Source: Ranitomeya imitator
Taxonomy: Eukaryota
Direction of reading: 5' to 3'
NCBI RefSeq assembly: GCF_032444005.1
Contig: NC_091291.1
Coordinates: 106,578,001-106,642,000 of the forward strand
Length of the DNA stretch: 64,000 bases
The translations under genes and the position numbers were made by a program. The notes below the pieces were generated by a model. The model did not search any database. It saw only the letters and a program-made list of their open reading frames with translations, and was not told the DNA's origin. The stretch's first letter is position 1; each line of letters starts with the position of its first letter. Below are positions 12,210 to 25,445 of the stretch, piece after piece.

Positions 12210-13343
12210 TGCAGCACCCCAGGGTCCTGGTCGTTGCAGTAATGTCATTTTCCTCTATGGGAGAGTGATATTACGTTTGGAGGCAAAGAAGGACAACTGA
12301 ATCCAGGTATCACAAACATGCAACACATTTCACACTCCAGGCCACGAGGGGGAGCCCTGCTCCTATTTATTAGGGCACTCCTCACACTTAGGTAAAACTG
12401 GTTGCCTGATGAGGAAGTTAGTTAGTTGCTGGCTGAGCTTTGCTCAGCTAGTTGGTCCCTGGCAGGGGTGGGATCCTGTCAGAGATCGAGACAGAAGGAT
12501 GCGGAGCTTTGAATGCCCTGAGAGCTGCAGCTTCTAGAAAGAGACACTGAAGGAGAACTGTATTGTAGAGAGGGTGCAGAAGTCGTAGCAAAGGAGTGGA
12601 TACCAGGAGGGGAACAGCCCTACACAGGCTGCCTCCTTCTGAGGCGCAGGATCCTGGTAGCCGGAACACCGAGGGAGCAACGATCCTTTATGCCTTGCTC
12701 CAGAGACCGGCAGGACAGCTAATTTCACGTTACCTGTCCGCCCTACACCCAGGAGGCAAGGTGGCACCCACGAGAGGCTGGGGCATGATAGAGTCCCTGT
12801 AAAACGCCTCAAGCCACCGGTCATACGGGTTTGTCCTATCCATTTGGGTGACAGAGAGAGAGACATAACATCTACAACATCTGTGAGGACCTTATGAGAA
12901 GCTTAGCAGTAAGGGACTACAACACCACAGCGCTAGAGGAAGGCTACGGATTTCTACTTGGACAAGGGGACTCTGGACTTGCCTCCAAACTGGCCGGACT
13001 CTGTCTGACCTGTGATCTGGTGCTCTGGACTGTGGATGCTGAAGCCTTCAGTAAATGTAAAGAGACTGCAACCTTGCGTCCTCGTTCTTCACTGCGCCTC
13101 TCACCATCTACCATCTACACACTTGGAAGCCCAGGGGACATACTTCACCCCATCGGACCCCCTTAAAGCAGCATCGGCCACCCTGATCGAATACCATAGG
13201 TGGCATCACGAACAATCCCTTTAAAGACCTTTCCCTTTTACTCGGACGTCCCAGGGCCACGGATCAGGTAAGCCACCATGACATCCCCCTGTGAACCGAA
13301 GGACCCGGTACCAAGTACCCCGCTGCCCTTGGGGGGTGCTCCA
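12210..13343. mobile_element. Solo LTR of a different family, inserted in a MITE
   Basis: Imperfect inverted termini TGCAGCACCCC...GGGGTGCTCCA; 4-bp TSD ATCT (12206-12209, 13344-13347); no coding capacity. Confidence 0.75.
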
Positions 13344-13919
13344 ATCTCACCGATGTCAATGCAGTTCATGGGTTTGGTCTCACTGCAGTGAGTCAATCTC
13401 CCCTGCTCTTCAGCATGAGCGATCGCACTAGGCCACCAATCATGCTGAAGAGCAAATGTCACACAGATGGATTATGGTGTGCAACTCCGGACAGGTGAGG
13501 CCGGGTGGCAAAGATGCAAATGACCCCCGGGCCGCTCCCCCACCAGCTGCCTGGCGGTGGCTGCACAGCCACACATCAAATTGTGCGTGGCCGTGTGTGC
13601 TGCACTGTGACACGGCCGGCAGCAGTCACAGTCGGCGCACACATCCACGCTGGGTCCGGGAGCTGTGCGCGGCTGTCACCTTGACGACTGCACAGCTCCC
13701 GCTCCCTCCATGATCTTTCTATTCTTCCGGGTCAGGTGTCGGGCGTGCGCGATGACGTCATCGCACACGCGCCGACATCTAACCGACCAGGACGCTAGAA
13801 AGAGAGAGGCGCTGTAGGGGAGCGAGTGGTGATGTAAGTATGAAAAAACTTTTTTTAATTTATACAATGAATTAAATGGTGGGTAACTGCAAATGAAAAA
13901 GTGGGGAGGGGTGAAAGGA

Positions 13920-14520
13920 GGACTGCACATGATGGAATTTGGAGGGTTAAAGTAGGCTGCTCATGATGGAATTTGGGGGTTAAAGGAGGCTGCACATGAT
14001 GACATTTGGGGGGTTAAAGGAGGCTGCACATGATGGAATTTAGGGTTAAAGGAGGCTGCTCATGATGGAATTTGGGGCTTAAAGGAGGCTGCACATGATG
14101 ACATTTTGGGGGTTAAAGGAGGCTGCACATGATGGAATCTGGGGGTTAAAGGAGGCTGCACATGATGGAATCTGGGGGTTAAAGGAGGCTGCACATGATG
14201 GAATTTGGGGGGTTAAAGGAGGCTGCACATGATGAAGGGGATTGGGGCCGCACATGATGAAATTTGGGGGGTTAAAGGAGGCCGCACATGATGGAATTTG
14301 GTGGTTAAAGGAGGCTGCACGTGATGGAATTTGGGGAGTCAAAGGAGGTTGCACATGATGAAATTTGGGGGAGTTAAAGGAGGCTGCACATGATGAAGGG
14401 GAGTGGGGCTGCACATGATGAAATTTGGGGGTTAAGGAGGCTGCACATGATGAAGGGGAGTGGGGCCGCACATGATGGAATTTGGGGGGTTAAAGGAGGC
14501 TGCACATGATGAAGGGGAAC
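13920..14520. repeat. G-rich minisatellite, ~31-bp unit, roughly 18 copies
   Basis: Unit GAGGCTGCACATGATGGAATTTGGGGGGTTAAAG with variants. Confidence 0.95.
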
Positions 14521-14800
14521 CAAGGGGGGAATGTGGAAACCACACAAGAAAAATGCGATGGTAATATGTGGTCTGGACATGGTGCGTTGGTATTTGTTTA
14601 GTGATAAGCGAGTATACGCGTTACTCGAGATTTCTCGAGCACGCTCGGGTGTCCTCTGAGTATTTTTTACTGCTCGGAGATTTAGTTTTCATCGCCGCAG
14701 CTGAACGATTTACATCTGGGGAGAACTGAGGCCATCCTACTATATATATGGGGAGAACTGGGGCCATCATACTAGATACTTGGGGAGAACTGGGGCCATC

Positions 14801-15864
14801 ATTATTATTATTATTATTATTATTTATTGTTATAGCGCAATTTATTCCATGGTGCTTTACATGTAAGGAGGAGTATACATAATAAAAACAAATACAATAA
14901 TCTTAAACAATACAAGTCATAACTGGTACAGGAGGAGTGAGGACCCTGCCTGCGAAGGCTCACAATCTACAAGGGATTGGTGAGAATACAGTAGGTGAGG
15001 ATAGAGCTGGTCATGCAGCGGTTTGGTCGATCAGTGGTTACTGCAGGTTGTAGGCTTGTCGGAAGAGGTGGGTCTTCAGGTTCTTTTTGAAGGTTTCTAT
15101 GGTAGGCGAGAGTCTGATGTGTTGTGGTAGAGGGTTTCACAGTAGGGGTGATACGCGAGAGAAATCTTGTATACGATTGTGGGAAGAGGAGATAAGAGGG
15201 GAGTAGAGAAGGAGATCTTGTGAGGATCGAAGGTTGCGTGTAGGTAAGTACCGCGAGATGAGGTCACAGATGTATGGAGGAGACAGGTTGTGGATGGCTT
15301 TGTACATCATAATTAGAGTTTTGTACTGGAGTCTCTGGGCAATGGGGAGCCAGTGAAGGGATTGACAGAGGGGAGAGGCTGGGGAATAGCGGGGGGACAG
15401 GTGGATTAGTCGGGCAGCAGAGTTTAGAATAGATTGGAGGGGTGCGAGAGTGTTCGAGGGGAGGCCACAGAGCAGGAGGTTGCAGTAGTCAAGGCGAGAG
15501 ATGATGAGGGCATGGACTAGGGTTTTTTGCAAATTCTTGGTTGAGGAATGAACGGATTTGTGAAATATTTTTGAGTTGAAGTCGGCAGGAAGTGGAAAGG
15601 GCTTGGATATGTGGTTTGAAGGAGAGATCAACGTCAAGGATTACCCCGAGGCAGCGAGCTTGTGGGACTGGGGAGAGTGGGCAGCCATTTACTGTAATGG
15701 TTAGGTTCATTGGGCGGGTCGCATGAGATGGGGGAAGGATGGTGAATTCTGTTTTGTCCATGTTAAGTTTGAGAAATCTAGCGGAGAAGAAGGATGAAAT
15801 AGTGGACAGACATTGAAGGATTCTGGTCAGTAGGGAGGTGATATCTGGTCCAGAGATGTAGATC

Positions 15865-15865
<1 letters not shown>
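14801..15865 (-). mobile_element. 5'-truncated L2 LINE (RT C-terminus plus 3' UTR)
   Basis: FLKLNMDKTEF, CLGVILD, ALIISRLDYCN, LHWLPI; frameshift near 15530; (AAT)n 3' tail at ~14801-14822; (TA)n at the 5' junction. Confidence 0.9.
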
Positions 15866-15914
<49 letters not shown>

Positions 15915-15929
15915 ACTAGTGCCATCTTC

Positions 15930-16400
15930 CTATATTTATGGTGGGAACTGGGGCCATCGCACTACATATACTATATATGTGGGGCTGTGGGGACCATCAT
16001 ATTATTTTTGTGGGGCAGTCGGATACCTTCATACTATATCTATCATCATACATCATATGGGGGCTGTGGGGCCACCATATTCCATATACGGGGCTGTAGG
16101 GACATGATACTATATAGAGAGGGGATGCAGGATCATCATACTATATATAGGAAGCTGTGAGGTACATAATATCACAATTAGAGAGCTGTAGGGGACCATC
16201 ATACTATATATAGGGGTTTTGGAGACATACTATTTGTGGGGAGCTGTAGTATATATAGGTAACTGTAAAGCCTCATGCTATATATAGGAGGCAGTACGGA
16301 CATCATATTGTATATAGGGGGCTATGTAGCCATTTTACTATATATAGGGAGTTTGGGGGTCCTCAATGTATAAAAAAGGGGTATTGGGGGCTGTAGGATC
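15930..16400. repeat. Degenerate ~40-bp minisatellite (GGGGCTGTGGGGACCATCATACTATATAT-like), also present at 14720-14800
   Basis: Repeated GGG(G)CTGT...CATCATACTATATA motifs on both sides of the L2. Confidence 0.65.
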
Positions 16401-16952
16401 ATCATTCTGTATATACAAAGCAGAGTGGGTGCTCAGAGGACATTACTTGTTATGAATAGGCACAATATTAGTTTTGATAGGGGCACTCAGGTTCCTTTTT
16501 GGGGGAGGGGACAGTGTTACTTTATGTGAGCACTCAAGGGTATTTGTTGCTGGAAGGGGGCACTTGGGATATTATATCCTTCAAAGGACCATACATGTCG
16601 TTGCACAGTAGGGGCATTACTACTTTCTGCGGGATACTTTAATTTTGGGGGGTGAGAGTAATCCTAGTGTAACGGGGTCTACCAAGCTGGGGTACCTCTT
16701 TCAGTACCACCCCGTGTTTCAGGAGGTCCACTCTGCTTTGGCTGGAGTCTGAATAAAGGACGCTGGCTGGAATTCCTTGGTTACCTGGGAGCATATAAAA
16801 TATCACTGCTTCTCCACGTATTTCCTGTCTGACAACACTTTATTCACAGGACACAGAATATATCACACAGATACAGAGGGCAGGACAATAGAAAAGCAGC
16901 AGGCCAGACATAGATTACAATAGCCACAGGGCGCCGGAGCCTGTGGCTGGTT

Positions 16953-16994
16953 GGGACCTGTAGAAGCACATTTGCGTGAAACAGCTGTCGTCCT
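16953..16994 (+). ncRNA. Minimal hammerhead-like motif, non-canonical core
   Basis: GGGAC-CTGTAGA-A-GCAC(attt)GCGT-GAAA-CAGCTGT-C-GTCCT. Palindrome ACAGCTGT, GUC triplet, and an AATAAA...GTGAGT tail downstream as at 1030. Confidence 0.55.
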
Positions 16995-18766
16995 TTTTCC
17001 TGCACGTTTTCTTCTAGTCTGTAACCGCTTTAATGTCCAAATAAAAGAAAGCATTTTTACGGGATCGGTGAGTGCACATCATTTTCTCTTCGACTCTGGG
17101 CTCTACATTTTGTTCATGGGTGTAGCACCCGAAGTGGCCCATTTTTTGAGGCAATGGATTAACAGCACAATGGACAGTATGAATATATAAGGGGTGAGTG
17201 AGCAACAGCGGTGCGGATTCTTTTTTCTTTATTGTTGGAATACTTCTGATTATTGCGTGTTTGCTGCATTTCATTTATGCATTTTCTTTTATAATCATTT
17301 GCTTTTATAATAGTACAAAAAAGATAAATTTTATGCTTAAAAATACAGCAGCATTTTTTAATGTTTTTTTTCTTCAGATGTAGCCTATAGAGAAAAAAAT
17401 GCACTAAAACTTCAGAGTTCAGCAGCATCTTTAGACGCACAGAGTGCAGAGATTTCATGGAATCATATCCACTTTGCTTGGAAATTTAGAACTTGTTCAC
17501 ATGTAGCGTAAATGCTGCGTATTTTCTGCTGCTTTTTTTGCACAGCACATTAACTGTCCAAGCAAAGTAGATGTGATTTCATGAAAACTGCTTCCCCCGT
17601 GGTCTAAACACATTGCTTCTATGTGATGCCTAAAAAACTCATGTAAAAAACCGCAGAAACTTTTTTAAGTGCAGAATCAAAGCTTTTCTGTACATTAAAA
17701 AAATGCATTAAAAACGCGGCTTCGCATCTGCATTAAAATGCATCAAATAAGGGGGTAAAAGCGTAAAAAAAATGCAGCAAAGATGTAATAACCAGAGAGG
17801 ATTGTTATTGTGTAGTTTAGCTACATACAGATGAGAAAGTTCTAGTGGCTCCAACTGTCAATGCAGGAGCAAAAAATCATCCACAGGTCCCAACTAGAAT
17901 TGATCACAATGCACAGAGGACGTCACGCCGGCTCTGGCTAATCAAAAGCCGAGTCGAGGTCACCGGAAGGTAAGAGATTCGCAAGCCTCAAGTCCAGTCA
18001 GCAGGTAGCACTGAGATAGACGCCGGACCAAAGGCCCAGGAATCCATGCACTCATCTCTAGTGCTAACTGTCTCGGATACAGCGGACTGTTCCGGATTTG
18101 GGTCTACGCCCTACAGTCTTGGGCGTCTGCTGAATGCCAGCGACCCTCTGACATCTCATCCTTCCAAGGTAGAAAAAAAATTGTAAATGGGCGCGGATTG
18201 GAGTTTGTCATGGATGTGGCCAAAACTGCCTCGCCATGCTCCACGTGCTGCACAATTTTTCCCTTTCAGATTCTTCAAAAGTTGGGAGATCTGAATTATG
18301 TCTATGACTAGCTGAATCTTTCTAAGCTCTTTGTAGAAACAGGAGGTCAATTTTCTCTGAATGACTCCTAAGTCACTGCAGAAGTCTAAGAGAGGGGGAA
18401 GAGGAAACAAATGGGTCAGGACTCGGGAGTTGAATAGAGGGATGATTTCTGCAAGAAAAAGTGACTTCCTGTTTCTACATAGAGCAAAGAGAAGAATTAT
18501 CTGGGTAGAAAGGCAAAATGAGCAATTGTAAGTACACAGTGCTATATAATATGATGACTGCGACATATATGGAGGATAAAAACTTTGATGGCTGTTCTTC
18601 TTTAACTACATCTTTTTATGCTAATACTACCATGGCTGTGAAAATATGGAGTTCCCAATCATCATGCAAGACGCCTAGGATGCTTAGCTATCTTGGCTGA
18701 GAGCTTGGCTGAGTAGATTACACAAGAAGGAAAACACACAGCAAGTTAGGAGGATCTAGGAGCAAC

Positions 18767-19720
18767 ATGGCAGATGTGACAACCTACATGGTGAGCTGCA
18801 GCATGTGCTACATGTTCACAGATCGACCAGAAGAAGAATTAAATTTCACCTGTCAGAAGTGTAGACTAGTGGCCCTTTTAGAAGAAAAGGTGCGGGGTCT
18901 GGAAGAAAGAATAGCAACTTTGAAACTCATCAAAGAGAATGAAGACTTTCTAGACAGAACAGAAGCATCTCTACTGGTCACAGAAGGTGAAAAAAATGTC
19001 AGAGAACCTCCAAAAGCAGATGAGTGGAAGCATGTGACCAAAAGAAGCAAGAAGACCATGGAGAAATCACCAACCACACAACTGAAGAACCGATATCAAA
19101 TCTTTGTAGAGGATGAAGATGGCACACCTAAGGATGAAGCAATACCAGCAAGCAAAAAAGAAAAGGGCACACAGCAACAAGTGACAGCAAAAAGTACAGC
19201 CAAGAAGCAACGAAGAGTGGTGGTGGTGGGAGACTCACTACTGAGAGGCACAGAAGCAGCCATCTGCAGACCGGACATAACTGCAAGAGAAGTATGCTGC
19301 CTTCCAGGTGCGATGATCAAGGATGTGACCGATAGGATACCAAAGCTCTTCAGCTCCAAGGACGTCCACCCATTTCTTCTGATACATGTTGGCACCAATG
19401 ACACGGCAAGGAAGGACCTACCGACAATCTGCAAAGACTTTGAAGAGTTGGGGAAGAAAGTAAAGGAACTGGATGCACAGGTAGTTTTTTCTTCTATCCT
19501 TCCAGTAGACGGGCATGGCACCAGGAGATGGAACAGGATCCTTGATGCAAACAACTGGCTAAGACGATGGTGCAGACAACAAGGATTCGGATTCCTGGAC
19601 CACGGTATGAATTACTGGTACGATGGACTCCTCGCCAGAGACGGACTACACCTCAACAAACCTGGGAAACACACATTCGCCAGAAGACTCGCTACACTCA
19701 TCAGGAGGGCGTTAAACTAG
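18767..19720 (+). CDS. CR1 ORF1p: N-terminal CxxC..CxxC, coiled coil, SGNH/GDSL esterase domain
   Basis: 317 aa, intact; CSMC...CQKC; VVVGDSLLRG, IHVGTND, DGLHLN blocks. Confidence 0.92.
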   Translation: MADVTTYMVSCSMCYMFTDRPEEELNFTCQKCRLVALLEEKVRGLEERIATLKLIKENEDFLDRTEASLLVTEGEKNVREPPKADEWKHVTKRSKKTMEKSPTTQLKNRYQIFVEDEDGTPKDEAIPASKKEKGTQQQVTAKSTAKKQRRVVVVGDSLLRGTEAAICRPDITAREVCCLPGAMIKDVTDRIPKLFSSKDVHPFLLIHVGTNDTARKDLPTICKDFEELGKKVKELDAQVVFSSILPVDGHGTRRWNRILDANNWLRRWCRQQGFGFLDHGMNYWYDGLLARDGLHLNKPGKHTFARRLATLIRRALN

Positions 19721-19857
19721 AAGAAGAGGGGACGGGAAGAAAAACATTAGACTCGAACAAAGAAGACCCAGGAAAACATACTCAGATGGGAGGTAAAAAC
19801 ATTTCTAAAACAATCCACAGCGAGGAGATTGGAACAAAACAAAATCCTCTAAACTGC

Positions 19858-22638
19858 ATGCTCGCAAACGCCAGAAGCCTGACAAACAAGATGGAAGAAC
19901 TAGAAGCAGAAATATCTACAGGTAACTTTGACATAGTGGGAATAACCGAGACATGGTTAGATGAAAGCTATGACTGGGCAGTTAACTTACAGGGTTACAG
20001 TCTGTTTAGAAAGGATCGTAAAAATCGGAGAGGAGGAGGGGTTTGTCTCTATGTAAAGTCTTGTCTAAAGTCCACTTTAAGGGAGGATATTAGCGAAGGA
20101 AATGAGGATGTCGAGTCCATATGGGTCGAAATTCATGGAGGGAAAAATGGTAACAAAATTCTCATTGGGGTCTGTTACAAACCCCCAAATATAACAGAAA
20201 CCATGGAAAGTCTACTTCTAAAGCAGATAGATGAAGCTGCAACCCATAATGAGGTCCTGGTTATGGGGGACTTTAACTACCCGGATATTAACTGGGAAAC
20301 AGAAACCTGTGAAACCCATAAAGGCAACAGGTTTCTGCTAATAACCAAGAAAAATTAACTTTCACAATTGGTGCAGAATCCAACCAGAGGAGCAGCACTT
20401 TTAGACCTAATACTATCTAATAGACCTGACAGAATAACAAATCTGCAGGTGGTCGGGCATCTAGGAAATAGCGACCACAATATTGTGCAGTTTCACCTGT
20501 CTTTCACTAGGGGGACTTGTCAGGGAGTCACAAAAACACTGAACTTTAGGAAGGCAAAGTTTGACCAGCTTAGAGATGCCCTTAATCTGGTAGACTGGGA
20601 CAATATCCTCAGAAATAAGAATACAGATAATAAATGGAAAATGTTTAAGAACATCCTAAATAGGCACTGTAAGCGGTTTATACCTTGTGGGAATAAAAGG
20701 ACTAGAAACAGGAAAAACCCAATGTGGCTAAACAAAGAAGTAAGACAGGCAATTAACAGTAAAAAGAAAGCATTTGCACTACTAAAGCAGGATGGCACCA
20801 TTGAAGCTCTAAAAAACTATAGGGAGAAAAATACTTTATCTAAAAAACTAATTAAAGCTGCCAAAAAGGAAACAGAGAAGCACATTGCTAAGGAGAGTAA
20901 AACTAATCCCAAACTGTTCTTCAACTATATCAATAGTAAAAGAATAAAAACTGAAAATGTAGGCCCCTTAAAAAATAGTGAGGAAAGAATGGTTGTAGAA
21001 GACGAGGAAAAAGCTAACATATTAAACACCTTCTTCTCCACGGTATTCACGGTGGAAAATGAAATGCTAGGTGAAATCCCAAGAAACAATGAAAACCCTA
21101 TATTAAGGGTCACCAATCTAACCCAAGAAGAGGTGCGAAACCGGCTAAATAAGATTAAAATAGATAAATCTCCGGGTCCGGATGGCATACACCCACGAGT
21201 ACTAAGAGAACTAAGTAATGCAATAGATAAACCATTATTTCTTATTTTTAGGGACTCTATAGTGACAGGGTCTGTTCCGCAGGACTGGCGCATAGCAAAT
21301 GTGGTGCCAATATTCAAAAAGGGCTCTAAAAGTGAACCTGGAAATTATAGGCCAGTAAGTCTAACCTCTATTGTTGGTAAAATATTTGAAGGGTTTCTGA
21401 AGGATGTTATTCTGGATTATCTCAATGAGAATAACTGTTTAACTCCATATCAGCATGGGTTTATGAGAAATCGCTCCTGTCAAACCAATCTAATCAGTTT
21501 TTATGAAGAGGTAAGCTATAGGCTGGACCACGGTGAGTCATTGGACGTGGTATATCTCGATTTTTCCAAAGCGTTTGATACCGTGCCGCACAAGAGGTTG
21601 GTACACAAAATGAGAATGCTTGGTCTGGGGGAAAATGTGTGTAAATGGGTTAGTAACTGGCTTAGTGATAGAAAGCAGAGGGTGGTTATAAATGGTATAG
21701 TCTCTAACTGGGTCGCTGTGACCAGTGGGGTACCGCAGGGGTCGGTATTGGGACCTGTTCTCTTCAACATATTCATTAATGATCTGGTAGAAGGTTTACA
21801 CAGTAAAATATCGATATTTGCAGATGATACAAAACTATGTAAAGCAGTTAATACAAGAGAAGATAGTATTCTGCTACAGATGGATCTGGATAGGTTGCAA
21901 ACTTGGGCTGAAAGGTGGCAGATGAGGTTTAACAATGATAAATGTAAGGTTATACACATGGGAAGAAGGAATCAATGTCACCATTACACACTGAACGGGA
22001 AACCACTGGGTAAATCTGACAGGGAGAAGGACTTGGGGATCCTAGTTAATGATAAACTTACCTGGAGCAGCCAGTGCCAGGCAGCAGCTGCCAAGGCAAA
22101 CAGGATCATGGGGTGCATTAAAAGAGGTCTGTATACACATGATGAGAGCATTATACTGCCTCTGTACAAATCCCTAGTTAGACCGCACATGGAGTACTGT
22201 GTCCAGTTTTGGGCACCGGTGCTCAGGAAGGATATAATGGAACTAGAGAGAGTACAAAGGAGGGAAACAAAATTAATAAAGGGGATGGGAGAACTACAAT
22301 ACCCAGATAGATTAGCGAAATTAGGATTATTTAGTCTAGAAAAAAGACGACTGAGGGGCGATCTAATAACCATGTATAAGTATATAAGGGGACAATACAA
22401 ATATCTCGCTGAGGATCTGTTTATACCAAGGAAGGTGACGGGCACAAGGGGGCATTCTTTGCGTCTGGAGGAGAGAAGGTTTTTCCACCAACATAGAAGA
22501 GGATTCTTTACTGTTAGGGCAGTGAGAATCTGGAATTGCTTGCCTGAGGAGGTGGTGATGGCGAACTCAGTCGAGGGGTTCAAGAGAGGCCTGGATGTCT
22601 TCCTGGAGCAGAACAATATTGTATCATACAATTATTAG
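19858..22638 (+). pseudogene. CR1 ORF2p (APE endonuclease plus RT) with one in-frame nonsense codon
   Basis: NARSL, GITETW, GDFN, LDL, SDHN (APE); [21 protein letters not shown] (RT). TAA at 20356-20358, after which the same frame continues. Confidence 0.93.
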
Positions 22639-25445
22639 GTTCTGTAGAAGGACGTAGATCTGGGGATTTATTATGATGGAATATAGGCTGAACTGGATGG
22701 ACAAATGTCTTTTTTCGGCCTTACTAACTATGTTACTATGTTACTATGTTACTATGTATCTTCGAACATATAATGGTGGAATGCCTAAAAACAAATCAGC
22801 TCTGAAAACAAATCAAGCTATGGGCCGTGTACATGACACCAAACTAGAACACTTTATGATCCTATATAAATGATGTTTTCTTTTTCAAATGATGCCATAA
22901 CGAGCACTGCTGAGTGAGTGCGACATGTTAGAATATTCTGGTTTATTCTGCATTTCCCGAGGGTTAAAACCTCATTTCCTACTGAACCATGTGAAATATA
23001 CTCATAAGAATTTCCGTTTTTTTACAACGCAAGGACCATGCTATGCATTTTACATTTCGAGACCACAGACTGTAGATAGCATCTCCGCCCAGTTCAGACA
23101 ATGCCCTTAAGGTGGAAAGAGCAAAATGTCTGGCATTATCACTTCTAAAATATTTTTCCTGATTCATTTAGTTCAATTTTAGCATGCAAACCAAAAAAAT
23201 CATTTGTTCTAATCTCCAATACTACATAATTGTGCCCCCGGTTGCACATTTTTATTGCGCAGAGAAGTTTTATGAATATGTACAAATTTGTTTTTTCTTT
23301 ACTTTTTTACTCTGCAGCCTCAAGTGGAACATAATTGCTTATCTTAACAATTGATATCAAATATTTTTGTGATGTAGAAGAAGAAGAGCTCATAAATAAC
23401 AAAACCATTAGGGTTTCTTTCATGTTCGATGGCTAAAAGTAAAGAAGAAAAAAGGTATTTAAAGGGAATTTTACAGTTTTAAATTTGGTCCTAGTAAATG
23501 TTCGGTTAAATAAAATATTAAAAGGGGATTTATCATTAAAAAGAAAAGTATTTAAATTATCATTATACACTTTATTTTTCCATTTTTTTTTTCATTATAC
23601 AGCTCGAAGGATTACAGTATTCACGTTAATCCCGCGTGCTCTATGTCTAATTTTCAGCTGTCTGTTCTAGTGGGTAGAAACTAACTGCTATGCTGTCTCC
23701 CTTATACAGTAAACAAAGGGTAAAAATGATTAAACTTTTCAGTCTCTATGCAGCATATGTCCAGAAAAAGAAAAGCAGCATGAATGCTATCATGCAACAT
23801 TACTGAGCAGTGTAGCTGTGAATCCAGGACTGTGGTAAGCTAAAACAACCTAAAGAAATTACTGTGTCTGTGCTCCTCTTTCACTCTGCTTTTCAATCAG
23901 TTCTCAATACACTTCAATATGCAAATGTAATCTGATCCCTACGTTATTTTTTTTTTAATTGCTTGTGCTATTAATTAATATAAAGATTGTTCGCCATTTA
24001 ACAGATATCAGATCTATTTTATTGCTTAACACAAGATAGATTAGATAGTAATATAATAAAGCATCCACATACACAAGGCTCTGTATGCCACTTCCCTGTC
24101 ACTCTTTGTTGGAAGGGACTTTACTACATCTTTTCCTGGGCAACTTATTTGCTATTTTACTGTTTTGTGACTTCCATTCATTGCACCTCCTATAATGTAT
24201 ACCCACCCTTCTATACTGTATATACAGTAAAACCATTACTAGAACAGTTCAGAGCGGTCTTTAACGTTATCTCTTGCTCCACAGGAGGCATCAACAAGTC
24301 AAGTCAAGAGAGGTTTGTTGGCTCATTGATCAAACTACTGAGCTGCTTCTGGTCTTTGAGACCTCTGCTACAGCTTGTCCAATCTATGTAACATTCATTA
24401 GGTTGTACCTGTCACTTGTAATGGGAATTTCTCTGCTTTCTCCCGGGGTTCACATCCTTACGACTCTTGTTAGCAAGCCATGCACCACGCTTGTTGCATA
24501 ATATTTGGCACAACACAGAACCACAGTTCCCAGGACACTGGGAGTGACTACCACAGTTGGGAAGGGTTGGATACCATCTCTTTTGAGCACTGTTCTGCAA
24601 CCTTTTTTATAGCAGCACAAGGCACATTGGACGGAATAACCCTTTTTTTGGCCCTTCTTGACCCAAAAGTCCACTCACCCTTCTTAAATCTGAACGCATG
24701 GGCTCTCCAGATTGTCTAAGGATGGTAATTTTTGCTTGCTATACAATCAGGATCATGATCGGCACACTAACCGCTCAAACAACCCCCTATCTTATCTCAT
24801 GGAGACCCTTCAGTCTCTGCTAGTAGCGTATCTACTGGAGGGGCAGAGGTGGTGGTCACCCCAGGCCCCGTGCTCTGAGGGGGTCCACCCAGAGCTATGC
24901 TACTGTATCAGCATGCATATTGTACGCACTACATTTTCTTTTGAAAAATAAAAGGAAAATCCAGTCCTGTTGAGCCAGACTCCAATTTTTTCTATTTTCC
25001 TTGATGTGAGGCCAGGGCGAGGCTGGTGTCTGAGCCCCAGGTGGATGAGCATAGAGCAACTGGGTGAGCTGGAATCAAGTTTTTGTAATCAAGATTACCT
25101 GGTTAGGGGCCCAATCAGAAGTTTTGTCCCCACTGAACCAAAACCCTAGCTACGCCTCTGGTCTCTACCTCTAGCCCACCAGCTTGTCTCATGGTGGCCG
25201 CACGAGCCTGCTGTGCAGCAAACTTTGAACGCTCCTTGAGCACTCTAAGCGGTTACTCCGGCACTCCCCTCACTTCCTCCTTACACCTCTCAATTAACTT
25301 TTTTATTGGTCTCCTCCTAAAAAGCAAACCAACAGTGTAACACTATGCTTCATCATATTGCCATGCAACAACAGATTTAAAGGTAGAGGCACAAATAAGT
25401 ATTTCAGGTGGGACGGGATAAGAGGATTAAAAGCTTCTTAGTTTA

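Larger units (their letters stand above)
18695..22756 (+). mobile_element. Full-length CR1 LINE
   Basis: ORF1 plus ORF2; 3' (CTATGTTA)n octamer tail at ~22728-22756; candidate TSD TATCTT (18689-18694, 22757-22762). Confidence 0.95.

Noticed and set aside
18270-18527. Segment bounded by a strong acceptor (TTCCCTTTCAG) and donor (GTAAGT)
   Set aside because: Early stops in all three frames; at most a non-coding exon, with no evidence for it.
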